Assembly: GCA_038087875.1 (NCBI GenBank)
Contig: JAXLNO010004994.1
Span: 1 to 64,000 of the forward strand
Direction of reading: 5' to 3'
Length of the DNA stretch: 64,000 bases
From: Malacoraja senta
Taxonomy: Eukaryota
Below are positions 24,723 to 37,401 of this stretch, in pieces (within the stretch, counting starts at the first letter, position 1; each line of letters starts with the position of its first letter). Under the pieces are notes generated by a model that ran no database searches, was not told where the DNA came from, and saw only the letters and a program-made list of their open reading frames with translations. Position numbers and translations under genes: made by a program.

Positions 24723-25973
24723 CTGAAACTGAAGGAAAATTCTTTCATAGATTGAAGAGCAACATTAGCCTTTCACAAACATATACATTATAGTATACAT
24801 CAATGTATACAGGGGCGTCCGCCCAGTGATTTTCTTAACTCTGTTGAATTCCACCTAGATTGCGATGAGAGACAGATACTGTACACCGTCCCTCACCATC
24901 TGCACGTCGTTCCAAAGCGCTTCCCAGCCAATGTGGGTGTGAATGGTGAATAATGATGCATTGAACACGGAGCCTGTTGCAATTGGAAGGTAATGTCTTG
25001 GGAGTCTTGGTGAGTTGCTGCAGTGCATCGTGCAGATGGTGCAAACTGCTGCTGCTCTGCATCAACCGGGTGTCTATCAAGTACGACTCTGGGTCATGAC
25101 AGAACAAACACAAGTGTTCGGCGAAATTGTAGCCTCGGCCAGTGCTTCTTAAACTGATGAATGGTTTACCCAAGGGTGAATGAAATTATTTTGGGGTGAA
25201 TGAGTTAATTCATGTGTTTTGCTCATGTGACAAAATAAATTATATATAAAATTATGCACAAGTGAAAATAAGATGATAATAACCAAAAAAAACATAAGAA
25301 TATTTGGTGGAGGGTGAATTAAATATTGTAATAAAGACTCAAGGGTGAATGGCACTGAAATAGTTTAAGAAACGCTGGCATTGTATAAGCTTGGTCTCTC
25401 TGATGTAAACCATTCACACTCTATTCTGGACTTCCAATCTGAACGTTTCCACACCTACTGGGAGTTCATTTCAAAATTCTCTTTGACAAAAGTAAGGGTT
25501 ATACTTGATGGAGTGACGGCCAAGTAGATTACAATTTAATTTAGTGATATTACTGGAGTTTAACACAAATTAACAGTTAAAATCATGAACATGATCATGA
25601 AATTGTACATCCTTGATTGTAAATGATGGCGGATCCAAACAGAATGCATTTGGTTGCTTTCAATGTCTCAAAGTGACTGTGAGACCTTAAGCGGCAGCCA
25701 AGCGGCATTTTTAAGGCAGAAGGCAGACATTTGATGGAGTGCACTCAACGCTTTGTGACAAGTGCATGTCTTTCTCTCCTTTGCTGAAATTGCTCAACAC
25801 CTCCATGGTGGAAGCTACGGGCAATTATTTGCCAGTCTCCCAAACAAACTCTCGCATTTTACACCATGAGCTCACGGTGGCTGCAATGATGCCGTCTGCA
25901 AATAACAAGAAATACATGAACATCACCACAAGGTGAATAGCAGCAGGTTCAGGGACACGAGAGGAACACTCAC

Positions 25974-26294
25974 CTGCATTGTTCATTTCTGTCACATAAC
26001 TGCACGTTCCTGCTCCTTTGAAGACTTTCACCTTGACTATTTCACTGGATTTTGTCCCACGATTATTTGCGGCTGTGCAGTAATATCGAAGGTGTTCACC
26101 TCTGAGGATTTCACAACTCAGATCCAGTTGATTGCCTTGCAAGATCGTTGAAACGCAATGCTCGTTCTTCTCAAACCATGTGTAATGGATGGGAAGGGAT
26201 CCACGGAGAGACTCACAGGACACTGACACTGAGCCTCCAAGACGTGAGGCATTTGCTGCTGACAGATAACTGAGCACAGGAGCAGACATGGGTT
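25974..26294 (-). CDS. Gene B C2-type Ig exon C2b (FCRL-like C2 motifs)
   Basis: cccacag|AA CCC ATG ... GCA G|GTGAGT; 321 nt open; PVL..GGSVSVSC..GSLPIHYTW..YYCTA. Confidence 0.9.
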
Positions 26295-27229
26295 CTGTGG
26301 GAATGGAGCAAATATTCAGTCACCTGTATGAATTGTTAAAAACCAAACACTTGCTAAATCTCAGCAGCACTTTATCTCAGCCCGAACCGTCCGGTTGATA
26401 CCTCACCGGCTCATCTACATCTCTGGGAGTGTGCGAAGCGCAGAAACCGAAGAAGGTTAGAGTTATTGAGAACCGAAAGATGCCCATCACAACAGCTCAT
26501 TAATGCCGACCAACATGTCTTTCTATGACATTTCCATATGTCCGCGTTTCTCATTTATCACTCGCAATGATCCCAATCTACGCAAATATCCAAAATTTAT
26601 TTTAAATGCTGCTATTCTAACTGCCTCAACAACTTCCCCTGGCAGCAGGTTCCATGTACATATTACCCAATGTGTGGAAAATGTTGTCCCTCAGAACATA
26701 TGTTGGGATGTTATGTTTCAGTTGTACATATGTTGTTGAGGTCGAACTTGTGCGAATTGTGTTCAGCTTCGGCCACTCATCTGTACAAAACATGCCATTA
26801 CGGTCAATGGCACCTTACTATTCCTCCCTCTTTAAATAGTTCCCATTACCTCTGTCCTCCACTTTTTGATTCCACACATCGTGGGAAAATGAACATGCTT
26901 CTCGTGATTTATTCATTTCTATAAGTTCCTCTCTCAATCATTTCCACACTAAGGAATGAAGTCTGAGTTTGTCCAATCGCTCCCTGCGTCAATCCCATCC
27001 TGTCCAGGCAACGTCGCCCAAAAACCTTTCTGCACGCTGTCCATCTCAACTTTTCTTGGAGCTGAGTGACTGAAGCTGAACACAATTCCCAAAGTGTGGA
27101 CTGAACATCTGCACGTCTGAAGCATATTATCTCAAATTATATTCTGAATGTTCTCACTGATGAAGACCAGCGTGCCAAAAACACAATTCAATGCCTTGTA
27201 ATTTAATCGCGAAAACTAATTACGATCGC

Positions 27230-28150
27230 TTTAAGAGAGACACAAAATGCTGGGGGAACTCAGCGGAGCCGGCAGCATCTCTCGAGAGAAGGAGTGGGTG
27301 AAGTTTCGGATCGAGACCCTTCTCCAGCCTGACAGTCATGTTCTGGGTGACAGAAGAGAAATGGAAGGATAAGATGTTAAAACAAGTGATCAAAGGTGAC
27401 AATGTTAAAGGGAAATGTAGATTGAATCATTGTCAGCTGAAGGGAAGGGGACAACGAGGCATACAATCAGTAAAATATTATCAGGTGAATCTAATTGGAG
27501 GTTTCGGATGGGGGCGGGATGGAAAGGAGTAAAGCAAGGGTTACTTGAAGTTAGAGATGTCAATATTCAAACCGCTGGGTTGTAAGCTGCCCAAGCGAAA
27601 TATGAGGCGCTGTTTTTCCAATTTGCCTTTGGCCTCACTCTGACACTGGAGGAGGTCCAGGACGGAAAGATCAGTTTGGGAATGGGAGGGGGAATAAAAG
27701 TGTTTAGCAATCGGGATGTAGCGTAGGCCGAGGCAGACTGAGCGGAGTTGTTCAGCGAAACGATCGCCGAGTCTGCGCTTGGTCTCCCATCTACTATATC
27801 CGCTTGTTCACATCTGGAACAGCGGATAGAGTAGATGAGGTTAGAGGAGATGCAAGCGACCCTCTGCCTCACCCGAAAAGACTGTTGAGGCCCATGGACG
27901 GAGTAAAGATGGGGATATATAGTGACTGGTGTTGCATCTCCTGCAGTTGTAGGGGAAGGTACCTGGGGACGAGGGGAGGGGGGGGGGAGGACGTGTTGAC
28001 CAGGGAGTTGCGGAGGGAACGCAAAAAGCGAAGGAGATGGAAAGATGTGACTAGTTGTGGCATCCCGTTGTAGGTGGCGCAAATGTCGGAGGAATATATG
28101 CTGTGTGCGACGGCTGATGGGGCGAAAGATGAGTTTATTCTGCTTACGAA
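27230..28150 (-). mobile_element. Penelope-like fragment (paralogous copy about 56815-57720)
   Basis: ISSNLIYSIRCSRC GIY-YIG-region translation and terminal motif; shared by genes A and B. Confidence 0.7.
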
Positions 28151-28711
28151 CGGGGAAATGTCCGGGAGCAGAGGCTGGCTGGCTGCCGGGCGGTGGGTGG
28201 ACAATGGCTGCTGGCAGTGGGGGCGCATTTACTGGGCAGAGGGAGAGAGAGAGAGTGCACGGGGTGGGGAGGGGGTGACTGATTCCTAAGGTGGGGGCGG
28301 GAAGCGGACTGGCCTGCCCCGGGAGGACTGAACGCAGTCTGTGGAGCTCTGGGGACTGATTCCCTGTTTATGATTCTCCGGGTATTCAGACGGCGAGCAA
28401 CACTTGTTTCTCACTGATCTGTCGGATCATTAGTTTGAGTCGGAATGCAAACCTCTGACAGGGTGATATTTCATACAATTCAGAGGCAGGGAAATGTGTT
28501 GAGTGTCTTGAAGTGGGTGGCCGCTCAATGGCACAGAACCCGCACTGGGTGAGAGCAAACATGAGTGGGGTTTCCCGACCCTCGCCCGCTCCCCGCAGGC
28601 CTCTGCACTGCTGCGGAGCCTCGAGATATCGGTGCTGCCCTGACCCTTCCCGGAGAAAACATGGATCAGGCTTTTCAGTGGAGACATTAAGTCAATCGCT
28701 GCGAATCGTAC

Positions 28712-29026
28712 CGTCAGATACTTGGAGATATACGTTAAACATTGAATGGTCGGCAGGTGCTGTGATTCCACAGCTGTACCATCCGGTATCTCCAGAGTGA
28801 AGATCTTCCACAGTCATAGTAAATATTCTTAGTGCCGGTATATCGGTGATTGACACCCTTCCACTCCGTCCGTGTTGCCCATTTGTTTCCACCATATCTG
28901 TACATTGGCGACTCTGCCCACGGCACCAGTATTTAGCCTGTGAGCGGTACTCTGCTGCATAGTGACAATCGATTGTGATGGCTCTTCCCACAACTCCTGT
29001 TAAATTCCTCTCTCCCCACACTGCAG
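28712..29026 (-). CDS. Gene B V exon V4
   Basis: ctttcag|CT GCA GTG TGG ... TCT GAC G|GTACGA; 315 nt open; NLT sequon. Confidence 0.9.
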
Positions 29027-30159
29027 CTGAAAGGGAGGGGAAAAACTTTCAGATGCAGAGCAAATGAACTGTTTAATGGAAATATATACATTTTGAAGAT
29101 TACATGAAAAACATAATCGTTCCATGATGTGTCATTTTGCTTCACGGCCAATGTCTCGGGTCTGAAGTGCAGGCAGTGCTGTTATTGTACAAGTTGTGTC
29201 TGTGTTCTGTCCCCGGGTCAGTACAATTAGGGTTCACTTCCCACTCCAGATCCCTGCGCAGAAACTGGGCTGGGATCGCAGTGCGGTACTGAGGGAGCGC
29301 GGCAGTGTTGCAGGAGCTGCCTTTCAACAATCCCAGGCGGTGCCCGGCCTCTCACCCTACAGAAATACCTCACTTTGCTATTTCAGTGTCGGCGCTGCCA
29401 GCATTCATCTCTCAACCGACACTGGGCCGGACCCGTGTTTAGAAATTCACCGCAGCCACTGTGTTTACAACGCCCTGACTGAGGACAGAGTACGGACGGG
29501 TTACAATAAAGCGGGTCCCTTGCTGGAGAACGCTACTAGCGTGAAAACACACAACGCCAGATTCACTGTATCTCGGTACTCGTGACAATAAACTAAACTG
29601 AATTGTGAGCCCAATGTCCCGCTGCTCATCTGGGACAGGTTTTATTCCCAATGACCCCGGCTCGCCCTGGACAATTCAGCACGGCTGGGCCGCGGATTGG
29701 AGAGATGATGGAGAGAGAGTTGGGGTGGGTGTATAGAGCGAGGACAGTGGTTCAGTCTCAGACTCCGGGGAATTGTTGGGTTTGCGACAGAGTTGAGCCG
29801 GACAAATGCTGGGAATGTTTGAACTGACACAATGAGTCCACAATCCTGACTTCCACCTCCTTGGTAAACACATTTTAAAAGTGTAGAATTAACTTCCTGA
29901 TGACGTTGGAACCTCTCGCCTTCGGTCCAGGTGTCTTGCAGTATCTGCTTCAAATTCATTCGCTATTTTAAGCCTTTCATTTATCATCAGGATGCAATTC
30001 GACCATGTGTCAACAGTGGTTAAACTACGAACATTGTGTAGATATTCAAGTGTGATTTCAGATCCATCACCACAATGCACTGAGTTCCATTTCCCCCTTT
30101 ACATGTCTACACATACTTAACCATCTCTGCTGTGGAAAACGAATTTACGATCCCTTTAA

Positions 30160-31060
30160 GATAGACACAAAATTCTGGAGTAACGCAACGGAGCAGGCAG
30201 CATCTCTCGAAAGAAGGAATGAGTGACGTTTCGTGTCGAGACCCATCTTCAGCCTGAGAATCATGGGACAGGGAGACAGAAGAAAATGGAAAGGTAAGGT
30301 GTGAAAACAAGTGATCAAAGGTGAAAAGAAAATGGACAATGGATCATTGTGAGCTGAAGGGAAGGTGGCAACGAGGCATACAATAAGTAAAATAAAATCA
30401 GTTTGACTGTGCAACTAACTGGAGAGCTAGGATGGTGGCGGGATGGGGACAGGAGTAAAGCAAGGGTTCCTTGAAGTTAGAGAAGTCAATATTCAAACCG
30501 ATGGGTTGTAAGTTTCCCAGGTGCTTTTCCTCCTATTTACGTTGGATAGTGGAGGAGGTCCAGGACAGAAAGTTGAGTTTGGGGATGGGAGGGGGAATTA
30601 AAGTGTTTAGCAATCGGGAAGTAGCGTCGGCCGAAGCAGACTGAGCGGAGTTATTCAGCGAAACGATCGACGAGTCTGCGCTTGGTCTAGCCGATATATA
30701 GTAGTTCACACCTGGAACAGCGGATGTAGTAGGTGAGCTTGGAGGAGATGCTGGTCAATCCTCACCCGAAAAGATTGTTGGAGACCTTGGACGGAGTAGA
30801 GGTAGGAGGTATCGAGACAGGTGATCTATCTCCTGCAGTTGTCGGGGACGGTACTTGGGGAGGGGATGGGGTTTTTTTTGGGGTGGGGGGGGATGGACGT
30901 TGACCAGGGAGTTACGGAAGGAACGGTCTCTTCGGAAAGCAGAAAGCGGTGGAGATGGAAAGATGTGTCTAGTAGTGGGATCCCGTTGGAGGTGGCGAAA
31001 ATGTTGGAGGATTATGTGTTGTGTGCGACGGCTGATGGGGTGATAGATGAGTTTATTCTG
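30160..31060 (-). mobile_element. Penelope-like fragment (paralogous copy about 59735-60620)
   Basis: Same motif set as the other Penelope pieces; it begins where homology to the leader intron stops. Confidence 0.65.
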
Positions 31061-31328
31061 CTTAACACCGGGGAAATGTCCGGGTGGAGAGGTTGGCTGA
31101 CTGCCGGGCGGTGGGTGGACAGTGGCTGGTGGGGATGGGGGCGCATTGACGGGGCAGAGGGAGAGAGAGAGAGCGCGGGGTTTGGGAGGGAATGACTGGT
31201 CCCTGAGGTGGGGGCGGGAAGCGGGATGGCCTACCCCGGGAGGACTGATCGCAGTCTATTGAGCTATTGAGTCTATTGAACATACAGTTCAGAGGAAGGG
31301 AAATGTGCTGAGCATTCCACTTGAAGTG

Positions 31329-32796
31329 AAAAGTGAAGTGAAAGAGAAGTTAAATTCCACTTTTCAAAAAAGGAGCGAGAGAGAAAACGGGGAATTACAG
31401 ACCAGTTAGCCTGACTTCGGTGGTGGGAAAGATGCTGGTGTCAATTATTAAAGTGGTAATAATGGGGCATTTGGATAGCAGTAAAAGGATTAGTCCAAGT
31501 CAGCATGGATTTATGAAAGGAAAATCATGCTTGACTAATCTTCTGGATTTTTTTGAGGATGTGACAAGTAAAATGGATGAAGGGGTGCCAGTTGATGTAG
31601 TGTATCTAGACTTTCAGAAAGCCTTTGATAAGGACCCGCCCGGGAGACTGGTGACTACAATTAGAGCGCATGGTATTGGGGGTAGGGTGTTGACGTGGAT
31701 AGAAGATTGGTTGGCAGACAGGAAGTAAAGAGTAGGAGTGAACGGGTCCTTTTCAGTATGGCAGGCAGTGACGAATGGAGTGCCGCAAGGCTCGGTGTTG
31801 GGGCCGCAACTGTTTACCATATATATTAATGATTTGGAAGAGGGAATTAGGAGCAACACTAGCAAGTTTGCGGATGACACAAAGCTGGATGGCAGTGTGA
31901 ACTATGAAGAGGATGTTAGCAGGTTGCAGGGTGACCAGGACAGGTTGAGTGAGTGGGCAGATGCGTGGCAGTATAATATAGATAAATGTGAGGTTATCCA
32001 CTTTGGTGGCAAAAACAAGGGGGCAGATTATTATCACAACGGGTTAGGTTAGGTAAGGGGGAGGCGCAGCGAGACCTGGGTGTCCTTGTACACCGGTCAC
32101 TGAAAGTTGGCTTGCAGGTACAGCAGGCAGTGAAGAAAGCTAATGGAATGTTGGCCTTCATAACAAGAGAATTTCAGTATAGGAGTACAGAGGTTCTTCT
32201 GCAGTTGTATAGGGCTCTGGAAAGACCACATCTGGAGTATTGCGTACAGTTTTGGTCTCCTAATTTGTGGACGGACATCCTTGTGATTGAGGCAGTGCAG
32301 CATAGGTTCACGAGATTGATCCCTGGGATGGCGGGACTGTCTTATGAGGAAAGATTGAAAAGACTAGGCTTGTATTCACTGGAGTTTAGAAGGATGAGGG
32401 GCGATCTTATAGAAACACATAACATTATAAAAGGACTGGACAAGCTAGATGCAGGAAAAATGTTCCCAATGTTGGGCGAGTCCAGAACCAGGGGCCACAG
32501 TCTTAGAATAAAGGGGAGGCCATTTAAGACTGAGGTGAGAAAAAACGTTTTCACCCAGAGAGTTGTGAATTTGTGGCATTCCCTGCCACAGAGGACAGTG
32601 GAGGCAAAATCACTGGATGGATTTAAGAGAGAGTCAGATAGAGCTCCAGGGTCTAGTGGAATCAAGGGATATGGGGAGAAGGCAGGCACAGGTTATTGAT
32701 TGGGGACGATCAGCCATGATCGCAATGAATGGCGGTGCAGGCTCGAAAGGCCGAATGGCCTCCTCCTGCACCTATTTTCTATGTTTCTATGTTTCT
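31329..32796 (+). mobile_element. CR1 LINE 3' part in the intron downstream of V5
   Basis: RT-region ORFs and (ttctatgt)n tail; aagtg repeated at both ends relative to the empty site in the V4 intron (cttgaagtgggtggcc). The same insertion is at about 61000-62365. Confidence 0.92.
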
Positions 32797-32996
32797 AAGT
32801 GGGTGGCCGCTCAGTGGGGCAGAGCCCACTCAGGGTGAGAGCAAAATGAGTGCGATTTCCCGACCCCCGCCCGCTCCCCGCATGTCTCTGCACTGCTGCG
32901 GAGCCTCGGGATATCGGTGCTGCCCTGACCCTTCCCGGAGAAAACATAGATCAGGCTTTTCACTGGAGACGACAAGTCAATCGCTGAGAAACGTAC

Positions 32997-33311
32997 CGTC
33001 AGATACTTGGAGTTCTACGTTTAAGATTGAACGGCCGTTAGATGTTGTAATTCCTCACCTGTACCATCCTGTATCTCCAGAGAGAAGATCCTCCACAGTC
33101 AAAGTAAATATTCCTCGTGCCGGGTTATCTGTGATTGACATTCTTCCACTCCCTCCGTGTAGCACATTTGTTCCCACCATATCTGTACATTGGCGATTCT
33201 GCACACGGCACCAGTATTTTGTGTGTGAGCGGTTCTCTGCTTCATAGTGACAATAGATTGTGATCGCTCTTCCCACAATTCCTCTTACATACGTCTCTCC
33301 CCACACTGCAG
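32997..33311 (-). pseudogene. Gene B V exon V5 with a nonsense codon
   Basis: 315 nt with splice sites; the F-strand Cys codon is TGA (33055-33057, WYR*). Confidence 0.88.
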
Positions 33312-34299
33312 CTGATATGGAGGGGAGAAACTTTCAGATGGAGAACAAATGAACTGTTTAATGGAAATAGATACATTTTGAAGAAAACATGCAAGAAAAC
33401 TTAAATCGTTCCATGATGTGTCATATTGCTTCACGGCCAATGTCTCCGGTGTGAAGTGCAGGCAGTGCTGTAATTGTACCTGTTGTGTCAGTGTTCTGTC
33501 CCCTGGTCAGTACAATTAGGGTTCACTTCCTACTCCAGATCCCTGAGCAGAAACTGGGCTGGGATCGCAGTGCAGTACTGAGGGAGCGCGGCAGTGTTGC
33601 AGGAGCTGCCTTTCAACAATCCCAGGCGGTGCCCGGCCTCTCACCCTGCAGAAATACCTCACTTTGCTATTTCATTGGCGGTGCCGCCGGCTACGCTGCC
33701 AAAATTCATCTCTCAACCGACACTGGGCCGGACCCGTGTTTAGGCATTCACCGCCGCCACTGCTTTTACATAGCCCTGACTGAGAACAGAGGACGGACGG
33801 ATTACAATAAAGCGGGTAAAGAAATAAGAGACAATAGGTGTAGGAGTAGGCCATTCGGCCCTTCGAGCCAGCACCGACATTCACTATGATCATGGCTGAT
33901 CATCCACAATCAGTACCCCGTTCCTACCTTCTCACCATATCCCATAGCGCCGCTATCTTTTAGAGCTCCATCTAACTCTCTCGCTCTGACGTTTCGGGTC
34001 GAGACCCATGCTCAGACCAGAAACGTTACCCATTCCTTCTCTCCAGGGATGCAGCCTGTCTCGCTGAGTTAATCCAGCATTTTTTTGTCAATCTTTAATT
34101 CTCTTTTATTTCCTTATCTCAACAGAACCTAAATCTATTCGTGAGTCGTTAACATCAGTTGGGTTCACTTCAAATACAAATGTAACACCCGATAACAATC
34201 ATCAGGAAACCACTGCGCCCAGTTACTCTTGCTCAATTTTGGATTGGTCTTGCTTTTCAATATGAGAGGTGGAGACACAAGGAACTGTAGATACATACA

Positions 34300-35140
34300 T
34301 AGATAAATAGATACATAGATACATAGGCAATAGGTGCAGGAGTAGGCCATTCAGCCCTTCGAGCCAGCACCGCCATTCAATGTGTTCATGGCTGATCATC
34401 CACAATCAGTACCCCGTTCCTGCCTTTCCCCATACCCCTTGATTCCGCTAGCCCAAAGCGCTCTATCTAACTCTCTTTTGAATGCATCCAGTGAATCGGC
34501 CTCCACTGCCTTCTGAGGCAGATAATTCCACAGATTCACAACTCTCTGGGTGAAAACGTTTTTCCTCATGTCCGTTGTAAATTGCCTATCCATTATTCTT
34601 AATATCGGGAAAATGTTTCCTGCCTCTCGCGTGTCCAATCCCTTAATAATCTTATATTTTTCAATAAGATCCCATCTCATCCTTCTAAATTCCAGAGTAT
34701 ACAAGCGCAGCCGCACCATTCAATCAACAGATGACAGTCCCGCCATCCCGGGAATTAACCTTGTTGCACTCCCTCAACATACACTGCACTCCCTCGATAG
34801 CAAGAAGGTCCTTCCTCAAATTTGGAGATCAAAACTGCAAACAATAATCCAGGTGTGGTCTCACTGGGGCCATGTACAACTGCAGAAGGACCTCTTTGCT
34901 CCTGTACTCAACTCCTCTTGTTATTAAGGTCAACATGCCACTAGCTTTCTTCACTGCCTGCTGTACCTGCATGCTTACTTTCAGTGAGTGGTGAACAAGG
35001 ACCCCCAGATCTCTTTGTACTTCCCCTTTTCCCAACCTGACAACATTCAGATAATAATCTGCCTTCCTGATTTTGCTACTAAAGTGGATAAACTCACATT
35101 TATCCACATTAAACTTCATCTGCCATGCATCTGCCCACTC
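34300..35140 (-). mobile_element. CR1 LINE fragment
   Basis: QMKFNVDKC..RPHLDYCLQF and YTLEFRRMR translations. Confidence 0.85.
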
Positions 35141-35479
35141 ACCCAACCACTCACCCACTCACCACTCGCCCACTCACCACCCACCTCCAGGTCCCTTACC
35201 GGAGAGCGTTACTAGCGTGAACACGCACACCGCCAGATTCGGGGACAATTACTTCACAGCTGTTGTCAGGCATCTGAATCATCCTACCACATCCAGAGAG
35301 CAGTGCAGAACTATCTATCTCTTTGATGACCCTCGGACTACCCTTGATCGGATTTTGCTGGATTCGCCTTACACTAAACGTAATTTCCTTTTCATGTATC
35401 TATGCACTGTAAGAGGATCGATTGTAATCCTGTATTGTCTTTCTGCTGGAGACGTCAAGTCATTCGCTGCGAAACATAC

Positions 35480-35794
35480 CGTCAGATACTTCGAGTAAAA
35501 CGTTAAATATTGGATGGTCGGCTGATGTTGTAATTCCACAGCTGTACCATCCTGTATCTTCAGAGTGAAGATCCTCCACAGTCACAGTAAATATTCCTCG
35601 TGCCAGGTTATCTGTGATTGACACTCTTCCACTCCGTCCGTGTTGCCCATTTGTTTCCACTAAAACTCTACACGGTCGACTCCTCCCACGGCACCAGTAT
35701 TTTGTGTGTGAGCGGTACTCTGCTGCATAGTGACAATCGATTGTGATCTCTCTTCCCACAACTCCTTTTACTTCCCACTTTGCCCACACTGCAC
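35480..35794 (-). CDS. Gene B first V exon V6
   Basis: Same splice sites as V1; 315 nt open; 6 nt different from V1. Confidence 0.92.
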
Positions 35795-37364
35795 CTGAAA
35801 CTGAGCGGAGAAACTTTCAGATGGAGAGCAAATTAACTGTTTAATGGTAATTGATACATTTTGAAGATTACATGAAAGAAAACGTAAAACGTTCCATAAT
35901 GTGTCATATTGCTTCACGACCAATGTCTCCGGTCTGAAGTGCAGACAGTGCTGTTATTGTACCAGTTGTGTCAATGTTCTGTCCGCGGGTCAGTGCAATT
36001 TGGGTTCACTTCCCACTCCAGATCCCTGAGCAGAAACTGGGCTGGGATCGCAGTGCGGTTCTGAGGGAGCGCGTCAGTTTTGCGGGAGCTGCCTTCCAAC
36101 AATCCTAGGCGGTGCCCGGCCTCTCACCCTAAAGAAAGACCCCACTTTGCTATTTAATTGGCGGTGCCGCCGGCTGCGCTGCCAACATTCATCTCTCAAC
36201 CGACACTGGGCCGGACCCGTGTTTTTTAAAAATATTATCAAATAATTTATTTAATTATTGAAAATAATATTTACGATACAATAAAACAAAACAGAACCCA
36301 CCACCATAATACGAGACAAACAAATAAACGAAATAAACTACTATACAACTATGTTACAATACTTGTCAAGGATGTATTCAACCCCAGGCGGTGCCCAGAA
36401 GTCCCGGAAACATTCATCTCTCAATCGACACTGGGCCGGACCCGTGTTTAGACATTCACCGCCGCCACTGCCTTTACAAAGCCCTGACTGAGGACACAGA
36501 GGACGGACGAGTTACAATAAAGCGGGTCCATTACCGGAGAGCGTTACTAGCGTGAAAACGCACACCGCCAGATTCGGGGACAGTTCCTTCGCAGTTGTAC
36601 TCAGACATCGGAATCATCCTACCACAACCAGAGAGCAGTGCTGAACTATCTACCTCTTTGGTGACCCTCGGACTACCCTTGATCGGACTTCGCTGGCTTT
36701 ACCTTACACTAAACTTTATTTCCCTTTCATGTATCTATGCACTGTAAGAGGATCGATTATAATCATGTATCTGGCTGGTTAGCACGCAAGAAAAAGCTTT
36801 TCACTGTACCTCGGTACACGTGACAATAAACTGAACTTGCATTTCAGCGCGACTGGGTTGCGGATTGGAAAGAGGATGGAGAGAGAGTTGGGGGTAGGTG
36901 GATAGAGCGAGGACAGTGGTTCAGTCTCAGACTCCGGGGAATTGTTCGGTTTGCGACAGAGTTCAGTTGGAAAATGCAGGGAATATTTGAATGACACAAT
37001 GAGTCCACAATCCCGACTCCCCCCTCAGTTGTAAACACATTTTAAAAGTGTAGAATCAACTTCCTGGTGATGCTGCAACCTCTGTCCTTCGGTCCAGGTA
37101 TCTTGGAGTATCGTCCCCAAATTCATTTGCTATTTTATGCCTATAAAATATCATCAGGATGCAATTAGACCGTGTCAACAGTGGTTAAAGTACGAACACA
37201 GTCTAGATATTCAAATGTGATTTCAGATCCATCACCACAATGCACTGAGTTGCACCTCCCCCATTACATGTCTACACATACTTAACTATCTCTGCTGTGA
37301 AAAGCGTGCATGGGACGCCAAATAACATTGATCATTGGAATATCAGGATCTGGCTTTCACTCAC

Positions 37365-37401
37365 CCGGCAGCGAGGAGATGAGAAGAATGGGAATCCACA
37401 T
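37365..37401 (-). CDS. Gene B signal-peptide exon (MWIPILLISSLP-G)
   Basis: ATG at 37401; donor G|GTGAGT, phase 1. Confidence 0.88.

Larger units (their letters stand above)
12594..37401 (-). other. Gene B: multi-Ig CD300/pIgR-like (MDIR-like) inhibitory receptor, L-V-V*-V-C2-V-C2*-stalk-TM-ITIM tail
   Basis: Colinear, phase-compatible exon chain listed above. The phase 1->0 cytoplasmic link exon is uncertain. Confidence 0.8.

Noticed and set aside
24835-25173. ORF/possible exon upstream of V3 (also near 6.2 kb and 54 kb)
   Set aside because: The frame is not conserved between the 6.2-kb and 25-kb copies (indels), and there are no Ig or stalk motifs.
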